NCBI GenBank assembly: GCA_963702475.1
Contig: CAVPCT010000009.1
Coordinates: 32,001-96,000 of the forward strand
Source of the DNA: an uncultured Thermoleophilia bacterium
GTDB lineage: Bacteria > Actinomycetota > Thermoleophilia > UBA2241
Length of the DNA stretch: 64,000 nucleotides
Direction: 5' to 3'
Shown here: positions 1 to 11,110 of the stretch, one piece after another
How the letters are laid out: each line of letters starts with the position of its first letter
Position numbering within the stretch: position 1 is the first letter of the stretch
The notes under the pieces: model-generated
What the model saw: the letters and a program-made list of their open reading frames with translations, nothing else
Database searches by the model: none
What the model was told of the DNA's origin: nothing
Translations under genes and position numbers: made by a program

Positions 1-741
1 CACTCCAAGTGGGCCACCATCAAGCACAAGAAGGGCAAGACTGACGCCAGGCGCGGCAAGCTCTTCTCCAAGCTCTCGCGCGCCATCACGGTGGCGGCCC
101 GTGAGGGCGGAACCGACCCCGCCATGAACATCTCGCTGGCCAACGCCATCGAGAAGGCCAAGGCCGAGTCCATGCCCAAGGACAACATCGAGCGCGCCAT
201 CCAGCGCGGCGGTGGCGGCGCCGAGGGCGAGCAGTACGAGAGCATCATGTACGAGGGGTACGGGCCGGCCGGAGTCGCCATCATCGTCGACGTCCTCACC
301 GACAACAAGAACCGCTCCGCGGCCGACGTGCGCAACATCTTCTCGAAGCACGGCGGCCAGCTCGCGCAGCCGGGCGCCGTCGCGTGGGTCTTCGAGCGCC
401 GCGGCTCCATCATCGTCGACGGCGCCAAGTACTCCGAAGACGATGTGATGGCCGCGGCCATCGACGCCGGCGCCGACGACGTGGTCGCCGACGGCGAGGA
501 GTTCCAGGTCATCACGCAGCCCGCCGACCTCGCCGCCGTGCGCGACGCGCTCACGGCTGCCGGCATCGAGTTCCAGAACGCCGAGCTCACCATGATCCCC
601 AAGAACACCGTCAAGCTCGAGGAGAACGACGCGCGCAAGACCATGAAGATCATGGACGCCCTCGAGGACAGCGACGACGTGCAAGAGGTCTACGCCAACT
701 TCGACATCCCCGAAGAGGTCCTCGAGGCCCTCGCCGGCTGA
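1..741 (+). CDS. yebC: YebC/PmpR family DNA-binding regulator (5' truncated by window edge)
   Basis: Frame 1 from base 1 reads HSKWATIKHKKGKTDARRGKLFSK; YEGYGP, TDNKNR and DDVQEVY motifs; canonical position upstream of ruvC. Confidence 0.95.
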   Translation, partial: HSKWATIKHKKGKTDARRGKLFSKLSRAITVAAREGGTDPAMNISLANAIEKAKAESMPKDNIERAIQRGGGGAEGEQYESIMYEGYGPAGVAIIVDVLTDNKNRSAADVRNIFSKHGGQLAQPGAVAWVFERRGSIIVDGAKYSEDDVMAAAIDAGADDVVADGEEFQVITQPADLAAVRDALTAAGIEFQNAELTMIPKNTVKLEENDARKTMKIMDALEDSDDVQEVYANFDIPEEVLEALAG

Positions 742-807
742 CCCGCGCGGCCGCCGGGGCGGCGCGCGACGAGGTCGGCTGAACGCGAGGCACACGAGGA
801 GGGGCGC

Positions 808-1416
808 ATGATCGTGCTGGGGTTCGATCCGGGGACGGCGAGCACGGGCTGGGGAGTCATCGAGCAGGAAGGCAACCGTCTGCGGTCGCTTGGGCACGGG
901 TGCATCGTCACCTCGGCCAAGGACCCCACGCACGTGCGCCTGCGGCAGATCCACGACCAGGCGAAGGGGCTCATCACTCGCTTCAAGCCCGATATCGTGG
1001 TGCTCGAGGAGCTGTTCGTGAACGTCAACGTCAAGACCGCGCTCGCCGTTGGACAGGCCAAGGGCGTGCTGATCCTCGCGGCTTGTGATCTGGACGAGGC
1101 GCCGTGCGAGTACTCGCCCCTGCAGATCAAGCTGGCGGTCACCGGCTACGGCCGCGCCAGCAAGGTGCAGGTCCAGGAGATGACCAAGGTCATCCTCGGG
1201 CTGGCCCGTATCCCGCAGCCCGACCACGCCGCCGACGCCCTCGCCGTGGCCATCACTCACACTCACCACAACGGCGCCGCGTTCCAAGCGGCGGTGGGTA
1301 AGGCCAGGAGCGGCGGGGGGCGGAGCGCACCCGCCGTGCCGGGCGACGGCGCCTTGCCGGCGCAGGTCTTGCGCCAGGCCCCTAACCTGGGCGGCCGCAG
1401 GCGGGGCGCCACGTGA
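808..1416 (+). CDS. ruvC: Crossover junction endodeoxyribonuclease RuvC
   Basis: [24 protein letters not shown] and [10 protein letters not shown] motifs; GGAGGGG RBS. Confidence 0.96.
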   Translation: MIVLGFDPGTASTGWGVIEQEGNRLRSLGHGCIVTSAKDPTHVRLRQIHDQAKGLITRFKPDIVVLEELFVNVNVKTALAVGQAKGVLILAACDLDEAPCEYSPLQIKLAVTGYGRASKVQVQEMTKVILGLARIPQPDHAADALAVAITHTHHNGAAFQAAVGKARSGGGRSAPAVPGDGALPAQVLRQAPNLGGRRRGAT

Positions 1417-2021
1417 TCGCCTCGGTGCGCGGCACGCTTCGGCAGGTCGAGGCCGAGCGCGCCATCGTCGAGGTCGGCGGAATCGGCCTCGAGGTGCTGG
1501 CATCCGTGCGCACGCTCGCGGCGTTCTCCGGGCGCCTGGGTCACGAGGTGAGCCTGCAGACATACCTGCACGTGCGCGAGGACGCGCTGCAGCTCTTCGG
1601 CTTCCAGTCCGCCGGCGAGCGCACCTTCTTCCTGTGGCTCATCGCCGTGAGCGGCGTCGGCCCCAAGGTGGCGCTGGCCGTGCTCTCCGGGTACCCGGTC
1701 GACGAGCTCGAGCTGGCCGTGGCGCGCGACGACGTGAAGAAGTTCGAGAGCATCCCAGGCATCGGCAGGAAGCTGGCGCAGCGCCTCGTGGTCGAGCTCA
1801 AGGACAAGGTCGGGCAGCTGCCGCCGGTGAGCACCGGCGAAGCCGGCCGCGCCGGCGGCCCGGCTCCCAGCGACGCGTTCCTGGGCGCGCGCTCCGCGCT
1901 GCAGAACCTCGGCCTCACGTTGCGCGAGGCCGAGGAGGCGCTGCGCGGCGCGCCCGACGACGCGTCGCTCGAGGAGCTCGTCAAGCACGCCCTCACGCGC
2001 GAGAAGGAGAAGAAGGCGTGA
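1413..2021 (+). CDS. ruvA: Holliday junction branch migration protein RuvA
   Basis: [37 protein letters not shown]; GTGA overlap with ruvC. Confidence 0.96.
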   Translation: MIASVRGTLRQVEAERAIVEVGGIGLEVLASVRTLAAFSGRLGHEVSLQTYLHVREDALQLFGFQSAGERTFFLWLIAVSGVGPKVALAVLSGYPVDELELAVARDDVKKFESIPGIGRKLAQRLVVELKDKVGQLPPVSTGEAGRAGGPAPSDAFLGARSALQNLGLTLREAEEALRGAPDDASLEELVKHALTREKEKKA

Positions 2022-3055
2022 GCCCGCGGACCGACCGCATCGGCGATCCCGAGGAGCGCCCCGACGACCGCGACCTCGAGCTCGGCCTGCGGCCGCGCCG
2101 GTTCTCGGACTTCGTCGGGCAGAGCGTCGCCAAGGAACAGCTGCAGATCTTCGTCGATGCCGCCCGGCAGCGTGGCGACACTCTCGACCACGTGCTCCTC
2201 GCCGGCCCTCCCGGCCTCGGCAAGACCACGCTGGCCGGCATCATCGCCACAGAGCTCGGCGTGGGCATGCACACCACGTCCGGTCCGGCCCTGGAGCGCA
2301 AGGTCGACGTGGCCGGCCTGCTGACCAACCTGCAGGAGGGCGACGTCCTCTTCGTCGACGAGATCCACCGCCTCAACGCCGCCGTGGAGGAGGTCCTCTA
2401 CCCGGCTATGGAGGACTACGAGATCGACATCATGATCGGCGAGGGCCCGGCGGCACGCAGCATCCGCATGCAGGTACAGCCGTTCACGCTCATCGGCGCC
2501 ACCACTCGCACCGGCTTGCTCACGACGCCGCTGCGCGACCGCTTCGGCGTCTGGCAGCGGCTCGAGTATTACGAGATCGAGGAGCTGGCGCGCATCGTGA
2601 GGCGCTCCGCCGGCATCCTCGGCGTGGAGATCGACAACGCCTCGGCTCTCGAGATCGCCGGGCGGGCGCGCGGCACGCCGCGCGTGGCCAACCGCTTGCT
2701 GCGTCGTGTGCGCGACTACGCCCAGGTGCGTCACGAGGGCGTCATCGAGGAGCGCATCTGCCTGGCGGCCCTCGAGCTGTTCCAGGTCGACAGCGGGGGC
2801 CTCGACAAGCTCGACCGCGACATCCTCTGCATCATCGCGCAGAAGTTCGACGGCGGCCCCGTCGGCCTCGACACCCTTGCGGTGGCCCTGGGCGAGGAGG
2901 CCGACACGGTGATGGACGTCTACGAGCCGTACCTCATCATGCAGGGCTTCCTCAAGCGCACCCCGCGCGGCCGCGTGCTCACGCGGACCGGGTTTGCGCA
3001 CTGCGGGCTGAGGCCGCCTGCGGCCGCGGCCGGGACGCTGTTCGACGAGGGCTGA
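2018..3055 (+). CDS. ruvB: Holliday junction branch migration helicase RuvB
   Basis: [45 protein letters not shown]; GTG overlaps ruvA stop. Confidence 0.97.
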   Translation: MSPRTDRIGDPEERPDDRDLELGLRPRRFSDFVGQSVAKEQLQIFVDAARQRGDTLDHVLLAGPPGLGKTTLAGIIATELGVGMHTTSGPALERKVDVAGLLTNLQEGDVLFVDEIHRLNAAVEEVLYPAMEDYEIDIMIGEGPAARSIRMQVQPFTLIGATTRTGLLTTPLRDRFGVWQRLEYYEIEELARIVRRSAGILGVEIDNASALEIAGRARGTPRVANRLLRRVRDYAQVRHEGVIEERICLAALELFQVDSGGLDKLDRDILCIIAQKFDGGPVGLDTLAVALGEEADTVMDVYEPYLIMQGFLKRTPRGRVLTRTGFAHCGLRPPAAAAGTLFDEG

Positions 3056-3096
3056 GGCCGGCGGCCGGCGCCGGGACGCTGTTCCACGACGGCTGA
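3007..3096 (+). repeat. Imperfect tandem duplication of the ruvB 3' end
   Basis: gctgaggccg..gccgggacgctgttcgacgagg is followed immediately by gctgaggccg..gccgggacgctgttccacgacggctgag. Confidence 0.8.
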
Positions 3097-3244
3097 GCGT
3101 CACCGCCACTCTCGGGTGACCCCAGCGCGGCGCGGGCTCTGGGCTCGAGTTCGACTCCGGTGTCCCCGGTCACCGACGTCGACGCTGAGGTGCTCGGCGG
3201 CGTGACGGCCCGGTGGGTCTCCCCTATTGCCGTCTTGTGAGTCG

Positions 3245-3343
3245 TTAGAATGGCTGGCAGTGCGCGACCGCGACGCGCGCGGGCAGGGAGAGTCGCTTGA
3301 GTTCGCGCTCGGCCTGGTCGCTGAAGTTGACGATGTAGGCCAA
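3245..3343 (-). pseudogene. Truncated RelE/ParE-family toxin remnant
   Basis: TTG 9 nt after the antitoxin stop reads MAYIVNFSDQAERELKRLSLPARVAVAHCQPF*; RelE-like N-terminus but stops after 32 aa. Confidence 0.65.
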
Positions 3344-3352
3344 GCGCGTCGG

Positions 3353-3655
3353 TCACAGGCCGAGCTCGGCCTTGATCTCGCTCCACGGCCGGGTCTTCTC
3401 CAGCTCGCCGGTTGCGAGTGCCCGCTCGTAGTCCGCCGAGTCCAGACGGTCCTCGACGTACTGCGCCACGTACATGTCCTCGATGGGCACGATCGCTGCG
3501 AGCGGCTTGCCGTGTCGCTTCACGACGAAGCGGTCCCCGCCGTAGGCGCAGCGCCCGACCAGCTCCGAGAGCCGGTCTCTGAGCTCGCGCGTGGTCACGG
3601 TCTCGGCGTCTCCGAAGTCGTTGTTGGCGATGCGTTCCGCAAGGTCGTCGGGCAT
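3353..3655 (-). CDS. Phd/YefM-family type II antitoxin
   Basis: TVTTRELRDRLSELVGRCAYGGDRFVVKRHGKPLAAIVPIED matches the Phd fold; C-terminal WSEIKAELGL typical of RelE-partner antitoxins; GGAG RBS. Confidence 0.88.
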   Translation of the reverse strand: MPDDLAERIANNDFGDAETVTTRELRDRLSELVGRCAYGGDRFVVKRHGKPLAAIVPIEDMYVAQYVEDRLDSADYERALATGELEKTRPWSEIKAELGL

Positions 3656-3677
3656 GGCGTCATCTCCGGCGGAGTTA

Positions 3678-3711
3678 TGTACACATATGAAACTATCGCC
3701 ACACAGTACAC
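3678..3711 (-). promoter_or_regulatory. Putative TA promoter/operator with TGTACA-type repeats
   Basis: TGTACA at 3678-3683 and AGTACAC at 3705-3711 in an AT-rich patch upstream of the antitoxin; TGTACA is the core of YefM-type operators. Confidence 0.45.
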
Positions 3712-3918
3712 CTGCGCTGAGCGCCGCGCCAGCCCTGCTCAGCGGACAGTCTGGGGCGTTCGCGTAGGGCTGTCGAGAGTGACAATGAAGGATGAGCCAG
3801 CCCACCCCCACCTGGGATCGGCACCCTGTACGTCATGTTGGTCCGTGCCATCTGTCGCTGTGAAGTGCGAGGAGCGCGCAGGCCGCTCGACGGCAGCAGC
3901 GCGGCTATACTCCCAGTC

Positions 3919-4559
3919 ATGGATGATTTGCTCCTGCACGTGTGCTGCGGCCCTTGCTCCACCGTCGCGGTGCCGGCCTGGCGAGAGCGTGGGCTCGAGC
4001 CCTTGGCGTGGTTCCACAACCCGAACATCCAGCCGGCGGCCGAGTACGAGCGCCGGCTGGAGAGCATGCTCAGGTTCGGCCGGGCCGCTGGGCTCGAGGT
4101 GGTCGGCAATCCCGGGGTGAGCGCCTGCGAAGCGGCCGGCTGGGAGGCGTGGGTACGGCTGGAGCGTGTGGCCGCGCCGGCGGAGCGGTGCGCGGCCTGT
4201 ATGCGGTTGCGGCTCGGCGCGGCCGCCGGGGCTGCCGTGCGCCTCGGCGTGAAGCGCTTCTCGACGTCGCTCAGCGTGAGTCCGTACCAGCGTCACGACC
4301 TCATCCAGGAGGCGGGGGAGAGGGCGGCGGCAGAGCACGGCGTCGCTTTCGTCTACCTGGACCTGCGTGGCGCGTTCCGTGAGAGCTACGCCGAGAGCCG
4401 TCGGCTCGACCTGTATCGGCAACCGTACTGCGGTTGCGCGGCGAGCAAGTGGGAGGCGTGGCACGAGCGCCGGGCTCGCCGGCTTGAGCGGGCGCGGCGC
4501 GCCGCCGATCCGGGCAGGGTAGCGCCGGACTCAGCTGCGGGACGGCGGAGAGGCGCCGC

Positions 4560-4563
<4 letters not shown>
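3919..4563 (+). CDS. queH: Epoxyqueuosine reductase QueH (DUF208)
   Basis: [37 protein letters not shown]; adjacent to queA and tgt; TATACT -10 box 7 nt upstream of ATG. Confidence 0.92.
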
Positions 4564-6785
<2,222 letters not shown>

Positions 6786-6790
6786 GCCGC

Positions 6791-7249
6791 ATGGGTGGAG
6801 GCGCGGCCATCATCATCTGGATCCTGGTGTTCTTCGGGATCTTCTACTTCCTCGCCATCAGGCCGCAGCGCCGCCAGAAGGCGCAGCACTCCCAGATGGT
6901 GCAGATGCTCAAGCGTGGGGACGAGGTCGTCACCATCGGGGGCATGTTCGGCACCGTCACCAAGATCGGTGACGACTGGGTCGAGCTCGAGGTCGCCAAG
7001 CGCACCAAGGTGCGCTACCTCAAGCGCGCCGTCTCATCGATCACCAACATCGTCGAGGACGAAGAGGACGAGGACGAGTACATCGAAGCTGAGGAAGAGG
7101 ACGTCGAGGAGATCGAGGCCGCCGAGCCCGAGCAGCTCGAGGCGGAGACCGGGGACGTCGAGGAGGCCGGCGACGACGTCATCGACGCCGAGGCCGCCGC
7201 AGACGAATCTCCGGAGGCGCCCAAACCGCCCAAGGAGCCGGGCGCCTGA
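6791..7249 (+). CDS. yajC: Preprotein translocase subunit YajC with acidic C-terminal extension
   Basis: N-terminal TM helix, FYFLAIRPQRRQ, LKRGDEVVTIGGMFG; follows tgt. Confidence 0.92.
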   Translation: MGGGAAIIIWILVFFGIFYFLAIRPQRRQKAQHSQMVQMLKRGDEVVTIGGMFGTVTKIGDDWVELEVAKRTKVRYLKRAVSSITNIVEDEEDEDEYIEAEEEDVEEIEAAEPEQLEAETGDVEEAGDDVIDAEAAADESPEAPKPPKEPGA

Positions 7250-7286
7250 GGCGTCGTCCGCGACCGCACAGCCATGAGCGCCGCAC

Positions 7287-7319
7287 CGACGAGCCCTGCA
7301 GGTCCTGCAGGGCTCGTCG
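7287..7319 (+). terminator. 15-bp stem hairpin after yajC
   Basis: cgacgagccctgcag-gtc-ctgcagggctcgtcg perfect inverted repeat; no U-tract. Confidence 0.6.
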
Positions 7320-7396
7320 CATTCAGCGGATGCAGGGATTCTTCACTGCGGACAGAACTGCGTTCTGACGTGGTGTCGACACAGGGGTACTGATCC

Positions 7397-8155
7397 ATGG
7401 CGCATGTCATCGCCTTCGCGAACCAGAAGGGCGGCGTAGCCAAGACCACCTCCACCGTGAACCTTGGCGCGGCGCTGCGCGAGCTCGGGCTCAAGGTGCT
7501 GGCCGTCGACATGGACCCGCAGGGCAACCTCACGATGAGCCAGGGCATCGACACCGAGGGCCTGGACAAGAGTATGTACGACGTGCTCGTCCACCGCACG
7601 CCCATCACCGAGGTCATCTACGAACGCGAGATCGACGTCGCCGCCTCCACCATCGACCTCGCGGGGGCCGAGATGGCGCTCGCCCAGATGATAGGCCGTG
7701 AGCGCGCCCTGCAGCGTGCCCTCGACCCCGTGCGGGAGACGTACGACTACATCCTCATCGACACGCCGCCGTCCCTCGGCCTGCTCACCATCAACGCCCT
7801 CACGGCCTCCGAGGGCGTCATCGTGCCGGTACAGTGCGAGTATCTCTCTCTGCGTGGCCTGCTGCAGCTGGAGCGCACCCTGGAGATGATCCGCGAGAAC
7901 CTCAACCCGGACGTGCGCATCAAGGGCATCCTGCCGACGCTCTTCGACGCGCGCACCAGTCACGGCAGGGAGTCCATCGAGGTGCTGCGCGACAACTTCG
8001 GCCCGCTGGTGTTCGATACCGTGGTGCGCAAGACCATCAAGTTCGCCGAGGCGCCCGTCATCGGGGCCTCGGTGCTCAAGTACGACCCCCGCGGCAGGGG
8101 GGCCGAATCGTACCGCGCGCTGGCGCGGGAGGTGCTGAATGGCCGATCGTCCTAG
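7397..8155 (+). CDS. ParA/Soj-family ATPase
   Basis: Deviant Walker [43 protein letters not shown]; no MinD-type C-terminal membrane helix. Confidence 0.95.
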   Translation: MAHVIAFANQKGGVAKTTSTVNLGAALRELGLKVLAVDMDPQGNLTMSQGIDTEGLDKSMYDVLVHRTPITEVIYEREIDVAASTIDLAGAEMALAQMIGRERALQRALDPVRETYDYILIDTPPSLGLLTINALTASEGVIVPVQCEYLSLRGLLQLERTLEMIRENLNPDVRIKGILPTLFDARTSHGRESIEVLRDNFGPLVFDTVVRKTIKFAEAPVIGASVLKYDPRGRGAESYRALAREVLNGRSS

Positions 8156-9344
8156 CATGAAGGATGGACTGAGCGAGCTCTTCCGGCGCACGGACTCAGC
8201 GGGATCGCCGCCGGCCGGCGAGTCCGCCCAGGAGGCCGTCGTCAAGGGGCGGCCCTACGTCACCACCATCAAGGTGGTCGGGGTGGGCGGCGCCGGCACC
8301 AACGCCGTCAACCGCATGGTCGACTCGGGCGTCAAGGGTGTGGAGTTCATCGCCATCAACACCGACGTGCAGCAGCTCGACGTGTGCGACGCCGACGTCA
8401 AGATCCACATCGGCCAGGAGCTCACCCACGGTCTGGGCGGCGGCGCCGATCCCGTCGTGGGGCGCGAGGCCATGGAGATCTCGCGCGACCAGCTCAAGGT
8501 GGCGCTGCGCGGCGCGGACCTCGTGTTCGTCACCGCCGGCGAGGGCGGCGGCACCGGCACCGGCGGCGCGCCCGTGGTCGCGCAGACCGCGCACGAGCTG
8601 GGCGCCGTGACCATCGCCATCGTCACCCGGCCCTTCCACTTCGAGGGCAACCGCCGCCGCCGGCAGGCCGAAGCGGGCATCGAGGTGCTCAAGCAGGTCG
8701 CCGACACGGTCATCAGCATCCCCAACGACCGCCTGCTCGAGGTGGTGGAGCGCAACACCAGCGTCGTGGAGGCGTTCAAGCACGCCGACGACGTCTTGCG
8801 TCAGGGCGTGCAGGGCATCACCGACCTCATCACCGTGCCTGGGCTCATCAACCTGGACTTCGCCGACGTGCGCACCATCGTGCAGGACGCCGGTACAGCG
8901 CTGCTGGGTATCGGCACCGGCAGCGGCGAGAACCGCGCCCAGGAGGCCGCGTTCGCGGCTATCCACTCGCCGCTGCTGGAGACCAGCATCGATGGCGCTC
9001 GAGGCCTGCTGCTCAGCTTCAGCGGCGGCAGCGACCTCACGCTGTTCGAGGTCAACGAGGCCGCCGGCATCATCAGCGACGCGGCCGACGACGACGCCAA
9101 CATCATCTTCGGCGCCGTTCTGGACGAGCGCCTGGAGGGCGAGCTCACCATCACCGTGGTGGCCACGGGGTTCGGCGACGTGGTCCCGCGCCGCGCACCG
9201 GAGGCGGAGCCCGAGCGTCCGCGTCTCGCCGAGACGGTGCGGGAGGCGCCGGCGGGACCACCGGCGCGCCGGTTCGGGCCGGCTCCCACGTTCGACAGCG
9301 GCGACTTCGAGATCCCGTCCTTCGTGCGGCAGCCCGAGGAGTAA
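8139..9344 (+). CDS. ftsZ: Cell division protein FtsZ with ~40-aa N-terminal extension
   Basis: [24 protein letters not shown] tubulin signature, T7 loop [11 protein letters not shown]-terminal core peptide DFEIPSFVR. Confidence 0.96.
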   Translation: MADRPSMKDGLSELFRRTDSAGSPPAGESAQEAVVKGRPYVTTIKVVGVGGAGTNAVNRMVDSGVKGVEFIAINTDVQQLDVCDADVKIHIGQELTHGLGGGADPVVGREAMEISRDQLKVALRGADLVFVTAGEGGGTGTGGAPVVAQTAHELGAVTIAIVTRPFHFEGNRRRRQAEAGIEVLKQVADTVISIPNDRLLEVVERNTSVVEAFKHADDVLRQGVQGITDLITVPGLINLDFADVRTIVQDAGTALLGIGTGSGENRAQEAAFAAIHSPLLETSIDGARGLLLSFSGGSDLTLFEVNEAAGIISDAADDDANIIFGAVLDERLEGELTITVVATGFGDVVPRRAPEAEPERPRLAETVREAPAGPPARRFGPAPTFDSGDFEIPSFVRQPEE

Positions 9345-9363
9345 GTGAGAGTGACGCCGGAGC

Positions 9364-10146
9364 GTGGAGGTGACGGTGCGCGCTGAAGCGGCGGCCGTCG
9401 CCGCACCCCCGGTCGCCCTGGAGCTGGACCTCGACGTCTTCGACGGGCCGTTCGACCTGCTCATCACCCTGATCCTCAAGGATGAGATCGACATCTGGGA
9501 GGTCAGGGTCTCCAGCATCATCGCCGAGTATGTGCTGCGGCTGGCCGACAGCGGGGAGTTCGACCTCGACGCGACCTCCCAGTTCGTGGTACTGGTCGCG
9601 GCGCTCCTGGAGATGAAGTCCCGGCTGCTGCTGGAGGAGGACGCCGAGGAGGAGCTGGAGGACCTCGACCCGGACGAGGCGGCCGAGCGTCTGCTGGAGC
9701 GCCTCGTCCGCTACGGCCAGTTCAAGAACGCCGCCCAGGCGCTCCACGGGCGCTGGGAGGAGCACAGCGGGCGGCTGTACCGGAGCGCTCCGGTGCCGGC
9801 GAATCTGCTGCGCCAGCCGGCCGCCGAAGGCGCCCTGCCGGCGCAGGCGCTGGCGGCGGCTCTTGCGCCGCTGCTCCGCGAGCCGCCCGTGCCCGACACC
9901 AGCCACCTCGCCGACCTGGCCGTCTGCCTGATCAAGGAGCTGCGCCGCCTGCGCCTCATCCTCGGCGACGCCGGCGAGTTCACCTTCTCGTCGGTAGCGC
10001 CCAAGGACCGGCTCGAGCGCGCCGTCACCTTCTTCGCCCTGCTGGAGCTGCACTCCGGCGGTGAAGCCCTGCTCAGACAGCGTCGTCACTTCGACGACAT
10101 CGTCGTGACGCGCCTGCCCGGCTTCGCCCCGGCCGCGGCCGGGTGA
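9364..10146 (+). CDS. scpA: Segregation and condensation protein A
   Basis: FDGPFDLLITLI, AALLEMKSRLLL, VTFFALLEL. Confidence 0.93.
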   Translation: MEVTVRAEAAAVAAPPVALELDLDVFDGPFDLLITLILKDEIDIWEVRVSSIIAEYVLRLADSGEFDLDATSQFVVLVAALLEMKSRLLLEEDAEEELEDLDPDEAAERLLERLVRYGQFKNAAQALHGRWEEHSGRLYRSAPVPANLLRQPAAEGALPAQALAAALAPLLREPPVPDTSHLADLAVCLIKELRRLRLILGDAGEFTFSSVAPKDRLERAVTFFALLELHSGGEALLRQRRHFDDIVVTRLPGFAPAAAG

Positions 10147-10153
10147 GCCCGCC

Positions 10154-10478
10154 CGGCGGGTGACGCCGGCCGCCTCGGCCGGCCGTGCGACCGTCGGCAC
10201 CATCGCATCCGAGCACCCGAGCCCTGATCGTGCCGCATCGGCCCGCCACTCAGGATGGACGCCTCGCCGTGCCCCCGCACCGACCGTGTCCAGCCCGGTC
10301 ACCTCTGCGAAGGTTGTATTCTGCAACGATCCGTGAGGGCGCCGCACCGGTGACCATCTGCGCGGGAGGGAGACGTTGCGGTGTCGGACCCCGTCAGCGG
10401 CCTCGCATCTGACGCTCGCCCGGCGCGCCCTGAGCCCGGCGGACCGTCTCGCGCGCGCGGCGGGTGACGCCGGCCGCC
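10154..10478 (+). repeat. 21-bp direct repeat bracketing the scpA-scpB spacer
   Basis: cggcgggtgacgccggccgcc at 10154-10174 and 10458-10478. Confidence 0.8.
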
Positions 10479-10526
10479 GTCCTGCGGTAGCATCGGGCAC
10501 ACGTCCACCGGCCGACCCTGGACCCC

Positions 10527-11102
10527 ATGCCCACTCTCGTTCAGCGCTTCGAAGCGCTCCTCTTCATATCGTCGCGCCCGCTGCCTCTCGCCGAGCTGGC
10601 GGCGGCGTGCAGGGTCGGCGAAGAGGATGCGGCGGGCGTGCTGGAGGCGCTGCGCGCCGAGTACGCCGAGGGCCGCCGCGGGCTCGTGCTCAAGGAGGTG
10701 GCCGGCGGCCTGGCGTTCGCCGTGGCCCCCGACTGCGAGGACGACGTCCGTCGCCTCACCGGGGCGCAACGCCCGGACGACCTTACGCCGGCCCTGCTCG
10801 AGACGCTGGCCGTGGTGGCCTACCTGCAGCCGGTGACGCGCGCCGACGTGGCTGAGGTCCGCGGCGTCTCCTCCGAGTGGGCCCTGAGCTCGCTCGAGGA
10901 GCGCGGCCTGGTGCAGCAGCAGGGCCGCGCCGACACCCCCGGCTCGCCGATCCTCTACGGGACCGGCGAGCGCTTTCTGAAGCTGTTCGGCCTCGATGCC
11001 GCCGACGGCCTGCCGCCGCTCGAAGAGTTCGCGCTGCAGGCGTCGGACGTGGAGGAGATCCGCGCGAGGCTGTTCGCCAACGCCGAGAGGAGACGGGTGT
11101 GA
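10527..11102 (+). CDS. scpB: SMC-Scp complex subunit ScpB
   Basis: EALLFIS, LKEVAGG, LETLAVVAYLQPVTRADVAEVRGV, PILYGTGERFLKLFGL. Confidence 0.95.
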   Translation: MPTLVQRFEALLFISSRPLPLAELAAACRVGEEDAAGVLEALRAEYAEGRRGLVLKEVAGGLAFAVAPDCEDDVRRLTGAQRPDDLTPALLETLAVVAYLQPVTRADVAEVRGVSSEWALSSLEERGLVQQQGRADTPGSPILYGTGERFLKLFGLDAADGLPPLEEFALQASDVEEIRARLFANAERRRV

Positions 11103-11110
11103 GTCAGCCC

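Noticed and set aside
7353-7382. LexA box or parS site upstream of parA
   Set aside because: GAAC-N3-GTTC has the wrong spacer for a Gram-positive SOS box (N4), and gtgtcgacac does not match the parS consensus
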